NCBI GenBank assembly: GCA_964016885.1
Contig: OZ024744.1
Coordinates: forward strand, 72,540,001-72,604,000
Reading direction: 5' to 3'
Length of the DNA stretch: 64,000 nt
From: Eledone cirrhosa
Lineage: Eukaryota
This document shows positions 49,003 to 64,000 of the stretch, in pieces; position 1 is the stretch's first letter; each line of letters begins with the position of its first letter. Both the position numbers and the translations under genes were made by a program. The notes below the pieces were generated by a model. That model made no database searches. It had not been told where the DNA came from and was given only the letters and a program-made list of their open reading frames with translations.

Positions 49003-49620
49003 ATATATATATATATATATCCCTATATATATATATATATATATATATCCATATATATATATATATCCCTATATATATATATATATATATATATCCATAT
49101 ATATATATATATATCCATATATATATATATATATATATCCATATATATATCTATATATATATATATATATATCCATATATATATAGATATATATCCATAT
49201 ATATATATATATATATATCCATATATATATATATATATATCCATATATATATATATATATATCCATATATATATATATATATATATCCATATATATATAT
49301 ATATATATCCATATATATATATATATATATCCATATAGATATATATCCATATATAGATATATATATATCCATATATATATATATATATATATATATATCC
49401 ATATATATATATATATATATCCATATATATATATATATATATATATCCATATATATATATATATATATATCCATATATATATATATATATATATCCATAT
49501 ATATATATATATATATATCCATATATATATATATATATATATCCATATATATATATATATCCATATATATATATATATATATATCCATATATATATATAT
49601 ATCCATATATATATATATAT

Positions 49621-49666
<46 letters not shown>

Positions 49667-49768
49667 ATATATATATATATATATATATATATATCCATAT
49701 ATATATATATATATATATATATATCCATATATATATATCCATATATATATATATATATATATATATAT

Positions 49769-49866
<98 letters not shown>

Positions 49867-50602
49867 ATATATATATATATATATATCCATATATATATAT
49901 ATATATATATCCATATATATATATATATATATATCCATATATATATATATATATATCCATATATATATATATATATATCCATATATATATATATATATAT
50001 CCATATATATATATATATATCCATATATATATATATATATATCCATATATATATATATATATATCCATATATATATATATATATATCCATATATATATAT
50101 ATATATATATCCATATATATATATATATATATATCCATATATATATATATATATATCCATATATATATATATATATATATCCATATATATATATATATAT
50201 ATATCCATATATATATATATATATATCCATATATATATATATATATATCCATATATATATATATATCCATATATATATATATATATATCCATATATATAT
50301 ATATATCCATATATATATATATATCCATATATATATATATATCCATATATATATATATATCCATATATATATATATATATCCATATATATATATATATAT
50401 CCATATATATATATATATTCATATATATATATATATATCCATATATATATATATATCCATATATATATATATATCCATATATATATATATATCCATATAT
50501 ATATATATCCATATATATATATATATCCATATATATATATATATATCCATATATATATATATATATCCATATATAGATATATATCCATATATAGATATAT
50601 AT

Positions 50603-50652
<50 letters not shown>

Positions 50653-50794
50653 ATATATATATATATATATATATATATCCATATATATCCATATATATAT
50701 ATCCATATATATCCATATATATATATATATCCATATATATCCATATATATCCATATATATATATATATATATCCATATATATATATATATATCC
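48959..50794. repeat. (TA)n array punctuated by CC
   Basis: About 1.8 kb of CC(AT)n units of variable length. Confidence 0.95.
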
Positions 50795-51137
50795 ATAATA
50801 TAAGATCAAAAGATGGTTAAAGGAGTTCCATGTATTTTATTATGCGCATTTCAAAAACAAACATCATCATGCAATAATATTTGTGTTTTCATCAGATAAA
50901 ACAGGAGAACATGATATGAAGGCTAAAAAACACTTGTGGATAGTGCAGTTTTAAATCAACATATGAAAAGTGGTTTTAGATTGATGTGTGATATTCGGAA
51001 AAATATTTTATTTAGAGAGGGGGTGGGGGGTGGAAAGGATGAAAAAGGGGAGGAGATGAGAGTGAGAGATGGGTGATAGAGAGAAAGAGATAGTTTTTAT
51101 AACTGAGAGAAGATATATTGTTTTACATAGAGAGGTT
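50795..51137 (-). mobile_element. Penelope-like family B 3' end/pLTR
   Basis: Near-identical reverse complement of 60501-60860. Confidence 0.8.
50825..50910 (-). ncRNA. Hammerhead ribozyme (family B)
   Basis: Reverse complement of 60741-60826. Confidence 0.7.
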
Positions 51138-51301
51138 AAAACTCACCTCCTATATATATCCATATATATATATATATCCATATATATATATATATCCATA
51201 TATATATATATATCCATATATATATATATATATCTATATATATATATATATCCATATATATATATATATCTATATATATATATATATATATCTATATATA
51301 T

Positions 51302-51843
51302 ACGGTAGTCACGGAATAGGCAGACCTAGAAAAACCTGGGACGAGCTGATAAACTCCGACATCACACACTTACACCTCTCCAAGACAATGTCACTGGACC
51401 GAGACCTTTGGCGGTACTCAGTAACAGAGAAGACCCGCCTTACCTAAATATATAGTAAAACCTACTCCAGCCAGTAGGCATCTCTAACAAAATACACCCC
51501 GTCCCACCACCCCCACCCCCACCCCATCCACACCACCCCGTTCTATGTAAAGTTATGTTGGTGCCGCGCCATCGAGGCCGAAACAAATGAGATCGTGTAG
51601 GTGTCACGACAAAAAAACACACAGTCCACGCTGTAATGTGGCCGTGTAGGCAACACGGTAAAAACCTCCCAGACCCACACTGTAAATGTGGTTGGTGTTA
51701 GGAAGGGCATCCAACTGTAGAAAACCTGCCAGACAGTCCTATGCGAGCAAGACAATCACTCTTGCCTCAAGTGGGACTACCCCCGTCCAAACCCATGCAA
51801 GCGTGGAACACGGACGTTAAACGTTGATGATGATGATGATGAT
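51302..51843 (+). mobile_element. RTE family A copy A3 (3' ~540 bp)
   Basis: [12 protein letters not shown]...KTRLT* plus the full 3'UTR and (GAT)n; TA on both sides. Confidence 0.92.
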
Positions 51844-52037
51844 ATATATATATCTACATATATATATATATATATCTACATATATATATATATATATCTA
51901 CATATATATATATATATATATATATCTATATATATATATATATATATATCCATATATATATATATATCCATATATATATATATATCCATATATATATATA
52001 TATATCCATATATATATATATCCATATATATATATAT

Positions 52038-52087
<50 letters not shown>

Positions 52088-52208
52088 ACATATATATATA
52101 TATATCCACATATATATATATATCCATATATATATATATATATCCACATATATATATATATCCATATATATATATATATATATCCACATATATATATATA
52201 TAGATATC

Positions 52209-52239
<31 letters not shown>

Positions 52240-52363
52240 CCATATATATATATATATCCACATATATATATATATATATATATATATCCATAACTATATA
52301 TATATATATATCCATAACTATATATATATATATATATTCATATATATATATATATATATATTC

Positions 52364-52423
<60 letters not shown>

Positions 52424-52465
52424 ATATATATATATTCATATATATATATATATATATATATATTC

Positions 52466-52501
<36 letters not shown>

Positions 52502-52509
52502 ATATATTC

Positions 52510-52547
<38 letters not shown>

Positions 52548-52557
52548 ATATATATTC

Positions 52558-52615
<58 letters not shown>

Positions 52616-52625
52616 ATATATATTC

Positions 52626-52672
<47 letters not shown>

Positions 52673-52690
52673 CATATATATATATATATA

Positions 52691-52754
<64 letters not shown>

Positions 52755-52825
52755 TATATATATATATATATATATTCATATATATATATATATATATATT
52801 CATATATATATATATATATATATTC

Positions 52826-52913
<88 letters not shown>

Positions 52914-52927
52914 ATATATATATATTC

Positions 52928-52965
<38 letters not shown>

Positions 52966-53006
52966 ATTTATATATATATATATATATATATAAATATATT
53001 CATATA

Positions 53007-53048
<42 letters not shown>

Positions 53049-53058
53049 TATTCATATA

Positions 53059-53089
<31 letters not shown>

Positions 53090-53165
53090 TCATATATATA
53101 TATATTTATATATATATATATTCATATTTATATATATATATATTCATATATATATATATATATAT
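51844..53165. repeat. (TA)n array with block-wise CT, CC, CCAC, TC and TT interruptions
   Basis: Directly visible. Confidence 0.95.
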
Positions 53166-53652
53166 CATCATCATCATCAATGTTTAACGTCCGTATTCAA
53201 CGCTTGCATGGGTTTGGACGGGGGTAGACCCACTTGAGGCAAGAGTGATTGTCTTGCTCGCATAGGACTGTCTGGCAGGTTTTCTACAGTTGGATGCCCT
53301 TCCTAACACCAACCACATCTACAGTGTGGGTCTGGGAGGTTTTTACCGTGTTGCCTACACGGCCACATTACAGCGTGGACTGTGGGTTTTTTTGTCGTGA
53401 CACCTACACGATCTCATTTGTTTCGGCCTGGATGGCGCGGCACCAACATAACTTTACATAGAACGGGGTGGTGTGGATGGGGTGGTGGTGGTGGGACGGG
53501 GTGTATTTTGTTAGAGATGCCTACTGGCTGTAGTAGGTTTTACTATGTATTTAGGTAAGGCGGGTCTTCTCTGTTACTGAGTACCGCCAAAGGTCTCGGT
53601 CCAGTGACATTGTCTTGGAGAGGTGTAAGTGTGTGAGGTTGGAGTTTATCAG
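53166..53652 (-). mobile_element. RTE family A copy A4 (3' ~490 bp, slightly divergent)
   Basis: Matches 44992-45497 with substitutions. Confidence 0.9.
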
Positions 53653-53683
53653 ATATATATTCATAAATATATATATATATATA

Positions 53684-53743
<60 letters not shown>

Positions 53744-53759
53744 TATATATATATATATA

Positions 53760-53795
<36 letters not shown>

Positions 53796-54305
53796 TATAT
53801 ATATATTCATATATATATATATATTCATATATATATATATATTCATATATATATATATATTCATATATATATATATTCATATATATATATATATATATTC
53901 ATATATATATATATATTCATATATATATATATATATATTCATATATATATATATATATATTCATATATATATATATATTCATATATATATATATATTCAT
54001 ATATATATATATATTCATATATATATATATATTCATATATATATATATATTCATATATATATATATATTCATATATATATATATATATTCATATATATAT
54101 ATATATTCATATATATATATATATTCATATATTCATATATATATATATATATTCATATATATATATATATTTATATATATATATATATTCATATATATAT
54201 ATATATATTCATATATATATATATATATTCATATATATATATATATATTCATATATATATATATATATTCATATATATATATATATATTCATATATATAT
54301 ATATA

Positions 54306-54339
<34 letters not shown>

Positions 54340-54363
54340 TATATATATTCATATATATATATA

Positions 54364-54401
<38 letters not shown>

Positions 54402-54440
54402 TATATATATATTCATATATATATATTCATATATATATAT
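53653..54440. repeat. (TA)n array punctuated by TC
   Basis: Directly visible. Confidence 0.95.
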
Positions 54441-57400
54441 TCATCATCATCATCATCATCATCATCAACGTTTAACGTCCGTGTTCCACGCTTGCATGGG
54501 TTTGGACGGGGGTAGTCCCACTTGAGGCAAGAGTGATTGTCTTGCTCGCATAGGACTGTCTGGCAGGTTTTCTACAGTTGGATGCCCTTCCTAACACCAA
54601 CCACATTTACAGTGTGGGTCTGGGAGGTTTTTACCGTGTTGCCTACACGGCCACATTACAGCGTGGACTGTGTGTTTTTTTGTCGTGACACCTACACGAT
54701 CTCATTTGTTTCGGCCTCGATGGCGCGGCACCAACATAACTTTACATAGAACGGGGTGGTGTGGATGGGGTGGGGGTGGGGGTGGTGGGACGGGGTGTAT
54801 TTTGTTAGAGATGCCTACTGGCTGGAGTAGGTTTTACTATATATTTAGGTAAGGCGGGTCTTCTCTGTTACTGAGTACCGCCAAAGGTCTCGGTCCAGTG
54901 ACATTGTCTTGGAGAGGTGTAAGTGTGTGATGTCGGAGTTTATCAGCTCGTCCCAGGTTTTTCTAGGTCTGCCTATTCCGTGACTACCGTCTATCTTTAT
55001 TGCCCTGCACTTTGTTATACAGCTATCGACTTTCATGCGCATCACGTGTCCATACCAACGTAGCCTTCTCTCGAGTAAACAACATCTGATCCCTCTTATC
55101 TCTAATTTTTTCCTTAGTTCGTTTATGCTTTGCCGTTCACGTATATTACTGTTACACATCCAGCGGAGCATGCAAGCTTCGTTCCTCTCTAGTCTGCGTA
55201 TATCCTCTGCACACAATGCCCAGGTCTCACTGCCATGCAGCATTGCTGTTCGTATGCAGGCATCGTACAACCTGCCTTTCATTTTCAGTGAGAACCCTTT
55301 AGCAGCTAATAGTGGTATAAGCTCTCTGAACTTTTTCCAACCAGTTCTGACTCTAGCTACAGTACTTTCAGAGCACCCTCCCCCACTGCTGATTTTATCG
55401 CCCAGGTAACGGAAGCTGTCCACTATTTCTATAGAACCCTCTGCGCAATTGAAAGAGCTAGTAGTTTGTGGGCACTTGCTGCTACTTATTGCACCAGAGC
55501 ACCGGCCACATGTAAAATCTATGTTCTTAGTTAGCTTACCTGTGATCCCACTACATCTTTTATGCACCCATACTTTGCATTTAGGACATAAAATGGAGTT
55601 TCTACCTACGCCTTTCCTACACACCGAGCACGACCATTTCCCAGAAGGGACCGCCGCCTTGTTTTCTTTCCTACAAACTAGTACTTTGGTCTTAGCCAGG
55701 TTAATTTTAAGTCCTTTTGACTCTAGGCCGTGCTTCCATGTTTGGAATTTCTTCTCTAGCTCGGCCATTGATTCCGCTATGAGTGTCAGGTCGTCTGCGT
55801 ATAGGAGTTCCCATGGGCAGCCTGTCTTGAACTCCTCTGTTATAGCCTGAAGGGCAATAATAAATAGTAGTGGACTGAGAACAGAGCCCTGATGGACGCC
55901 AACTTTTACGCTAAACTCTTCACTATATTCGTTGTTAATTCTAACCCTGCTGACTGTTTCTTTATACATGGCTTGTATAGCCCTCACAAGCCATTCGTCA
56001 ACGCCTAGTTTTCTGAGAGCCCACCAGATAATGGAGCGGGGGACTCTGTCGAAGGCTTTCTCCAAGTCGACAAAAGCTAAGTAGAGGGGTTTACCTTTAG
56101 CTAGGTACTTCTCCTGTAGTTGTCGTACTATGAAAAGAGCGTCTGTGGTACTTTTGCCTGACACAAACCGAACTGCATTTCATCTAGGTCAATTCTCTCT
56201 CTGATTAGTTGCGCTATTACTCTTTCCGTGACCTTCATGACCTGGTCGATTAATTTAATGCCTCTATAGTTACTCCTATCTAGGGCGTCTCCTTTACCCT
56301 TATAACAGTTAACGATGATGCTGCTATGCCAGTCCTTCGGAACAACCCCATTCTGTACGACTTGGTTAACTATGCGGGTGACCATGGTGTGTCCCACCGT
56401 GCCAGATGCCTTCAGCATCTCAGCAACTATTTCCGAAGGCCCAGCCGCCTTACCAGTCTTCATATCCTTGATTGCCTTACTTATTATACTCCCCTCGACT
56501 AACACTGCTGGTCCCTCTATTGGGTCGATATGGGGGAGACTGCCTTTCTCCCAATTATTCTCCTCATTTAGAAGCCTTTCATAGTGACACTTCCAAGCTA
56601 CCTTCTTATCAGCGTCGGTGATGGCAAGTGTGCCATCGTCGTTTAGTACACACTTCTCCCCGACAATATCACGGTTTTCCTTGACGCATTGCCTAGCAAT
56701 CCTGAACACCTCACGTTTTTGGTCATCGCGTTGTAGAACATGCTTGAACTTTCTTTCCTCAGCTTCCCTTCTTGCTAAGTACACTTGTCTCCTAGCTTCC
56801 CTCCTGGCCACTTGATAGTCCTCTCTACTTCCCCCATCCCGCCATACTTTCCAAGCCTGCTTTTTGGCCTTAATTGACCCCTCCACCTTACTGTTCCACC
56901 ACCATGTTACTCTCCTCCTGCCTACAGGCCTGCTCCAGCCACAGACCTCGTCTGTCGCCAACAGCAGGTTTGCTTTCAGAAATTCCCACTCTCCCTCTAT
57001 ATTGTCCGACTCTAAATGTTCTTCCTTACTGTCGAAAGCATCAAGTAATATGCTTTGAAATTTATTCCTGGCTGTGGGGTCCTTTAGCTTCCATATTTTC
57101 CTCCTGAGGATAGTCCTCTTCTGTTGTCGAGTACGTCTCGTCCTGACTATGAGGTCGCTAATTATCAGTCTATGTTGGGAGGTGCATTCTTCATGGGGGA
57201 GGGATTTAGTGTTAACAACAGACACTCTGTCACGTCTTCTGGTAAGGATATAATCTACCTGGCTTGTGTGTTCCCCGGATCTATAGGTGATCAGGTGATT
57301 GTCACGTTTTTTGAAGTTAGTGTTACAGATAGTTAGGTTATTTGCATCACAGAATTCCAGGATTCTGGCGCCTTCCTCATTTCTAGTACCAAACCCATAG

Positions 57401-57725
57401 CCTCCATGGATTTCGTCGTAGCCGTCACAATGTTGTCCAACGTGACCATTTAGGTCGCCTGCGATAATTATATAGTCACTGTCGGATATTTGGGAGGTAG
57501 TTAGCATCAGTGTCTCATAGAATCTGTCTTTTATAGTGCCGGGCAGTCCGGATTGGGGTGCGTACGCAGATATTACTGTCACCGTAGTTCTATTGAGGAC
57601 AAGTCGTATTTTAATTATTCTGTCGTTCACTCTATTTACGTCTATTATCTTATCTGCCCACTTTTCTGCTACCATGATTCCTACTCCACCCAGCCCATCG
57701 TCGTTTCCCACCCAGAAAAGCTTAT
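54441..57725 (-). mobile_element. RTE family A copy A5 (5'-truncated; 1-bp deletion frameshift at ~56168)
   Basis: Nearly identical to A2. ACAAACCGAAC versus ACAAACCCGAAC in A2 splits the ORF into 56128..57711 and 54845..56164. Confidence 0.95.
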
Positions 57726-57786
57726 ATATATATATTCATATATTCATATATATATATATTCATATATATTTATATATATATATATT

Positions 57787-57817
<31 letters not shown>

Positions 57818-57821
57818 ATAA

Positions 57822-57922
57822 ATATTTGTAAATTTATAAATATATAATAAATTAAATTGAAGTGAAAGCAACTGGTGCGTGTGTTTCTTATTGGCAACAT
57901 GACCCTCCCAAAGTATAACAAT
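57822..57922 (+). mobile_element. Penelope-like family A terminal fragment
   Basis: Near-identical to 48860-48958 (GAAGTGAAAGCAACTGG...CCCAAAGTATAACAATAT). Confidence 0.7.
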
Positions 57923-58137
57923 ATATATATATGGATATATATATATATATATGGATATATATATGGATATATATACATATATATGGATATATATATATAT
58001 ATATATATCGGTTTCAACACACGATTTCAGATAAAGAATCTTGCTAAACAAATTCAGAAACGACATATATATATATATCCATATATATATATATATATAT
58101 CCATATTTATATATATATATATATCCATATATATATA

Positions 58138-58295
58138 TAATGGAAAAATTTGAACAGGGACAAAACAGAGGCAGTACAACGAATGTTTATTAATTTCACG
58201 CTCTGGAGAGTGGGGTGTTGGTGGGGTACGAAGTTTCGGGCATAAGCCCTTCCTCAGGTGAGAAGTGTGTGGGAACAGAGTTCAAAGGGTGTGTC
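58138..58295 (-). mobile_element. Penelope-type pLTR fragment (family C) with hammerhead core
   Basis: CTGAGGA-A-GGGC(TTAT)GCCC-GAAA-CTTCG-TA at 58227-58257; the downstream GAGCGTGAAATTAATA resembles 19113-19130. Stem I does not pair. Confidence 0.5.
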
Positions 58296-59628
58296 TATAG
58301 TAAAATATTTAACAAACACACCATCAAATTTTCGTATTCTACATCCTCCAATATTTCCAACATCATCTCTAAACACAACAATAAAATACTAAATACTAAA
58401 TCTCTTCCTTCCAATATTGAATTTCATAATAACAGTAATAGTACTCCCGATGTCATTGTAAACCCTAGGCTAACTTCTGTAAACCCAAATACAACGTCAA
58501 ACACAACTTCGCTAAATGTTCATAATCCAACTCTAAATCAAGAAACTATTATTCCTATTATTCCTATCGCAAACAACTTCTCCAATCCAATTCCTTCTAT
58601 AGATAACACTAGATCACTCATTAATAATCTCTCTAATTGCAACTGCCGCATTAAAAATAAATGTCCTCTCAACAACCATTGTCTCGATAAAAACTTAATT
58701 TATGAATGTAAAATTATAACTAGCACCAATTCCTTCACCTATTTTGGCTCCACTTCCACCTCTTTTAAAGCTCGTCTCTATAATCATCATTCATCTTTCA
58801 AATACAAACTTAAAAGAACCAACACTGCTCTCTCAGAACTCATATGGTCCTTAAAAGACAAAAACATTAAATATACCATCTTTTAGAAGAAGATTTCTTC
58901 TGCATCCTCATACTTGAACAGCTCTCTATCTAAAATCTGTAATCTCTGCCTAAATGAAAAATTTACCATTATCTCTAACCTAGATTCTATAATAAATAGA
59001 CGTACAGATTTGTTTTCTATCTGCCTGCATAAATTCCATAGAACTTTTCACAAAGTATACAGTTAATATTGAATTCTTTATCAATTTAGAATCTTTTCTC
59101 AAAGGCACATATACATACACCTCTTTAAAATATACCCATCTACCTTACTTTAAAGGGCATTATACACTCTATAATACTTGTTTACTCATTACCCTCATTC
59201 TATCTTCACCTTGTAAAATCATAACATATACATTTGTTGTTTTGACGTTAGAATATTCATCCGCAATCATTATTATTTTTTCTCTCTATCATAAATCTTT
59301 TTAATCTCAATTTCATCCTTAATTTATTATTTTTTTCTCCCCATCAACGAACTCATTATTAATACATATTAACTCTTTATTCGCATATATTATCAATTCC
59401 TTCAATATACAAACTTTAACTTCACATTATTTTTCTCAAATCCTTCTACACACAAACCTTAATAATTTTTCTCTTCGTTAATTTTGAAATTGCCACAATA
59501 CATACATTTCTTTTTTTGACGTTAGAATATTCATCCACAATTATTATTTTTTCTCTCTATCTTCATACATAAATTCCTTCGTTAATTTTCAAATTCCTTT
59601 AATTTATACATTATCTTCCAACGGTTCC

Positions 59629-59828
59629 NNNNNNNNNNNNNNNNNNNNNNNNNNNNNNNNNNNNNNNNNNNNNNNNNNNNNNNNNNNNNNNNNNNNNNNN
59701 NNNNNNNNNNNNNNNNNNNNNNNNNNNNNNNNNNNNNNNNNNNNNNNNNNNNNNNNNNNNNNNNNNNNNNNNNNNNNNNNNNNNNNNNNNNNNNNNNNNN
59801 NNNNNNNNNNNNNNNNNNNNNNNNNNNN
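59629..59828. other. Assembly gap (200 N) with duplicated flanks
   Basis: 58958-59628 is repeated at 59829-60500. Confidence 0.95.
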
Positions 59829-60740
59829 AAAATTTACCATTATCTCTAACCTAGATTCTATAATAAATAGACGTACAGATTTGTTTTCTATCTGCCTGCA
59901 TAAATTCCATAGAACTTTTCACAAAGTATACAGTTAATATTGAATTCTTTATCAATTTAGAATCTTTTCTCAAAGGCACATATACATACACCTCTTTAAA
60001 ATATACCCATCTACCTTACTTTAAAGGGCATTATACACTCTATAATACTTGTTTACTCATTACCCTCATTCTATCTTCACCTTGTAAAATCATAACATAT
60101 ACATTTGTTGTTTTGACGTTAGAATATTCATCCGCAATCATTATTATTTTTTCTCTCTATCATAAATCTTTTTAATCTCAATTTCATCCTTAATTTATTA
60201 TTTTTTTCTCCCCATCAACGAACTCATTATTAATACATATTAACTCTTTATTCGCATATATTATCAATTCCTTCAATATACAAACTTTAACTTCACATTA
60301 TTTTTCTCAAATCCTTCTACACACAAACCTTAATAATTTTTCTCTTCGTTAATTTTGAAATTGCCACAATACATACATTTCTTTTTTTGACGTTAGAATA
60401 TTCATCCACAATTATTATTTTTTCTCTCTATCTTCATACATAAATTCCCTTCGTTAATTTTCAAATTCCTTTAATTTATACATTATCTTCCAACGGTTCC
60501 CAACCTCTCTATGTAAAACAATATATCTTTTTCTCAGTTATAAAAACTATCTCTTTCTCTCTATCACCCATCTCTCCCTCTCCACCTTCACTCTCATCTC
60601 CTCCCCCTTTTTTTCATCCTTTCCACCCCCCCTCCCTAAATAAAATATTTTTCCCAATATCACACATCAATCTAAAACCACTTTTCATATGTTGATTTAA
60701 AACTGCACTATCCACAAGTGTTTTTTAGCCTTCATATCAT

Positions 60741-60826
60741 GTTCTCCTGTTTTATCTGATGAAAACACAAATATTATTGCATGATGATGTTTGTTTTTGA
60801 AATGCGCATAATAAAATACATGGAAC
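60741..60826 (+). ncRNA. Hammerhead ribozyme (family B) with palindromic stem III
   Basis: TTTTAT-CTGATGA-[AAACACAAATAT...ATGTTTGTTTTT]-GAAA-TGCGCA-TA-ATAAAA; stem I extends via GTTC/GAAC. Confidence 0.7.
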
Positions 60827-60860
60827 TCCTTTAACCATCTTTTGATCTTATATTATGGAT

Positions 60861-63880
<3,020 letters not shown>

Positions 63881-64000
63881 CTTCAAAACAAAAAACAAAA
63901 TCCTTTCCTTCTTCCTTCTTCGAAAGCATGGGGCGGTCAAACGCCTAAATGCAAGGACCCCATTCAATCATTACCTTCTTGCTAGCTATTTTCAAACCTT

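Larger units (their letters stand above)
58296..60860 (+). mobile_element. Penelope-like element family B, 5'-truncated: GIY-YIG endonuclease + 3' region (Hydra-clade-like)
   Basis: KIFNKHTIKFSYS...CNCRIKNKCPLNNHCLDKNLIYEC...TYFGSTSTSFKARLYNH...ALSELIWSLK, a TAG at 58884, then in-frame CNLCLNEK...INRRTDLFSICLH to 59066. Hammerhead near the 3' end; runs into (TA)n. Confidence 0.85.

Noticed and set aside
58884-58886. Programmed stop-codon recoding in the GIY-YIG ORF
   Set aside because: The stop is TAG at a likely Trp (TGG) position in a truncated copy; simple nonsense mutation, not a UGA/selenocysteine codon.
58958-60500. Tandem pLTR duplication of the Penelope element
   Set aside because: The ~671-bp copies are nearly identical and sit exactly on either side of a 200-N gap, so this is more likely an unmerged contig overlap; a real duplication cannot be excluded.

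Overview
Eukaryotic, AT-rich, repeat-dominated DNA. The SINE families, RTE/Dong/Penelope content and large microsatellites resemble an octopus (coleoid cephalopod) genome; the organism is inferred, not shown. Only one host-gene piece is supported: a first coding exon at 20336-20581 (+) encoding a mitochondrial-presequence-like N-terminus, so much of the downstream sequence may be intron. The rest is mobile DNA. It includes a Tx1/L1-clade LINE, a tandem array of R4/Dong LINEs in (CATA)n, many tRNA-derived SINEs and MITEs, and from ~39.5 kb a (TA)n-embedded nest of RTE LINEs, a near-complete CR1-group LINE and Penelope-like fragments. Four observations stand out. (1) A C4HC3 PHD-type zinc finger is inserted inside the reverse transcriptase of the RTE elements and is conserved across divergent subfamilies. 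(2) There are seven hammerhead-ribozyme motifs from about four Penelope-type families. (3) The CR1-group element has a Myb/SANT-like+polyQ ORF, a 2xCCCH ORF and a pol ORF with no upstream AUG that follows two in-phase -1 slippery heptamers. (4) Different retroelement clades occupy different microsatellites. Most long ORFs in the track are microsatellite artefacts. All calls are by eye; no database searches were run.
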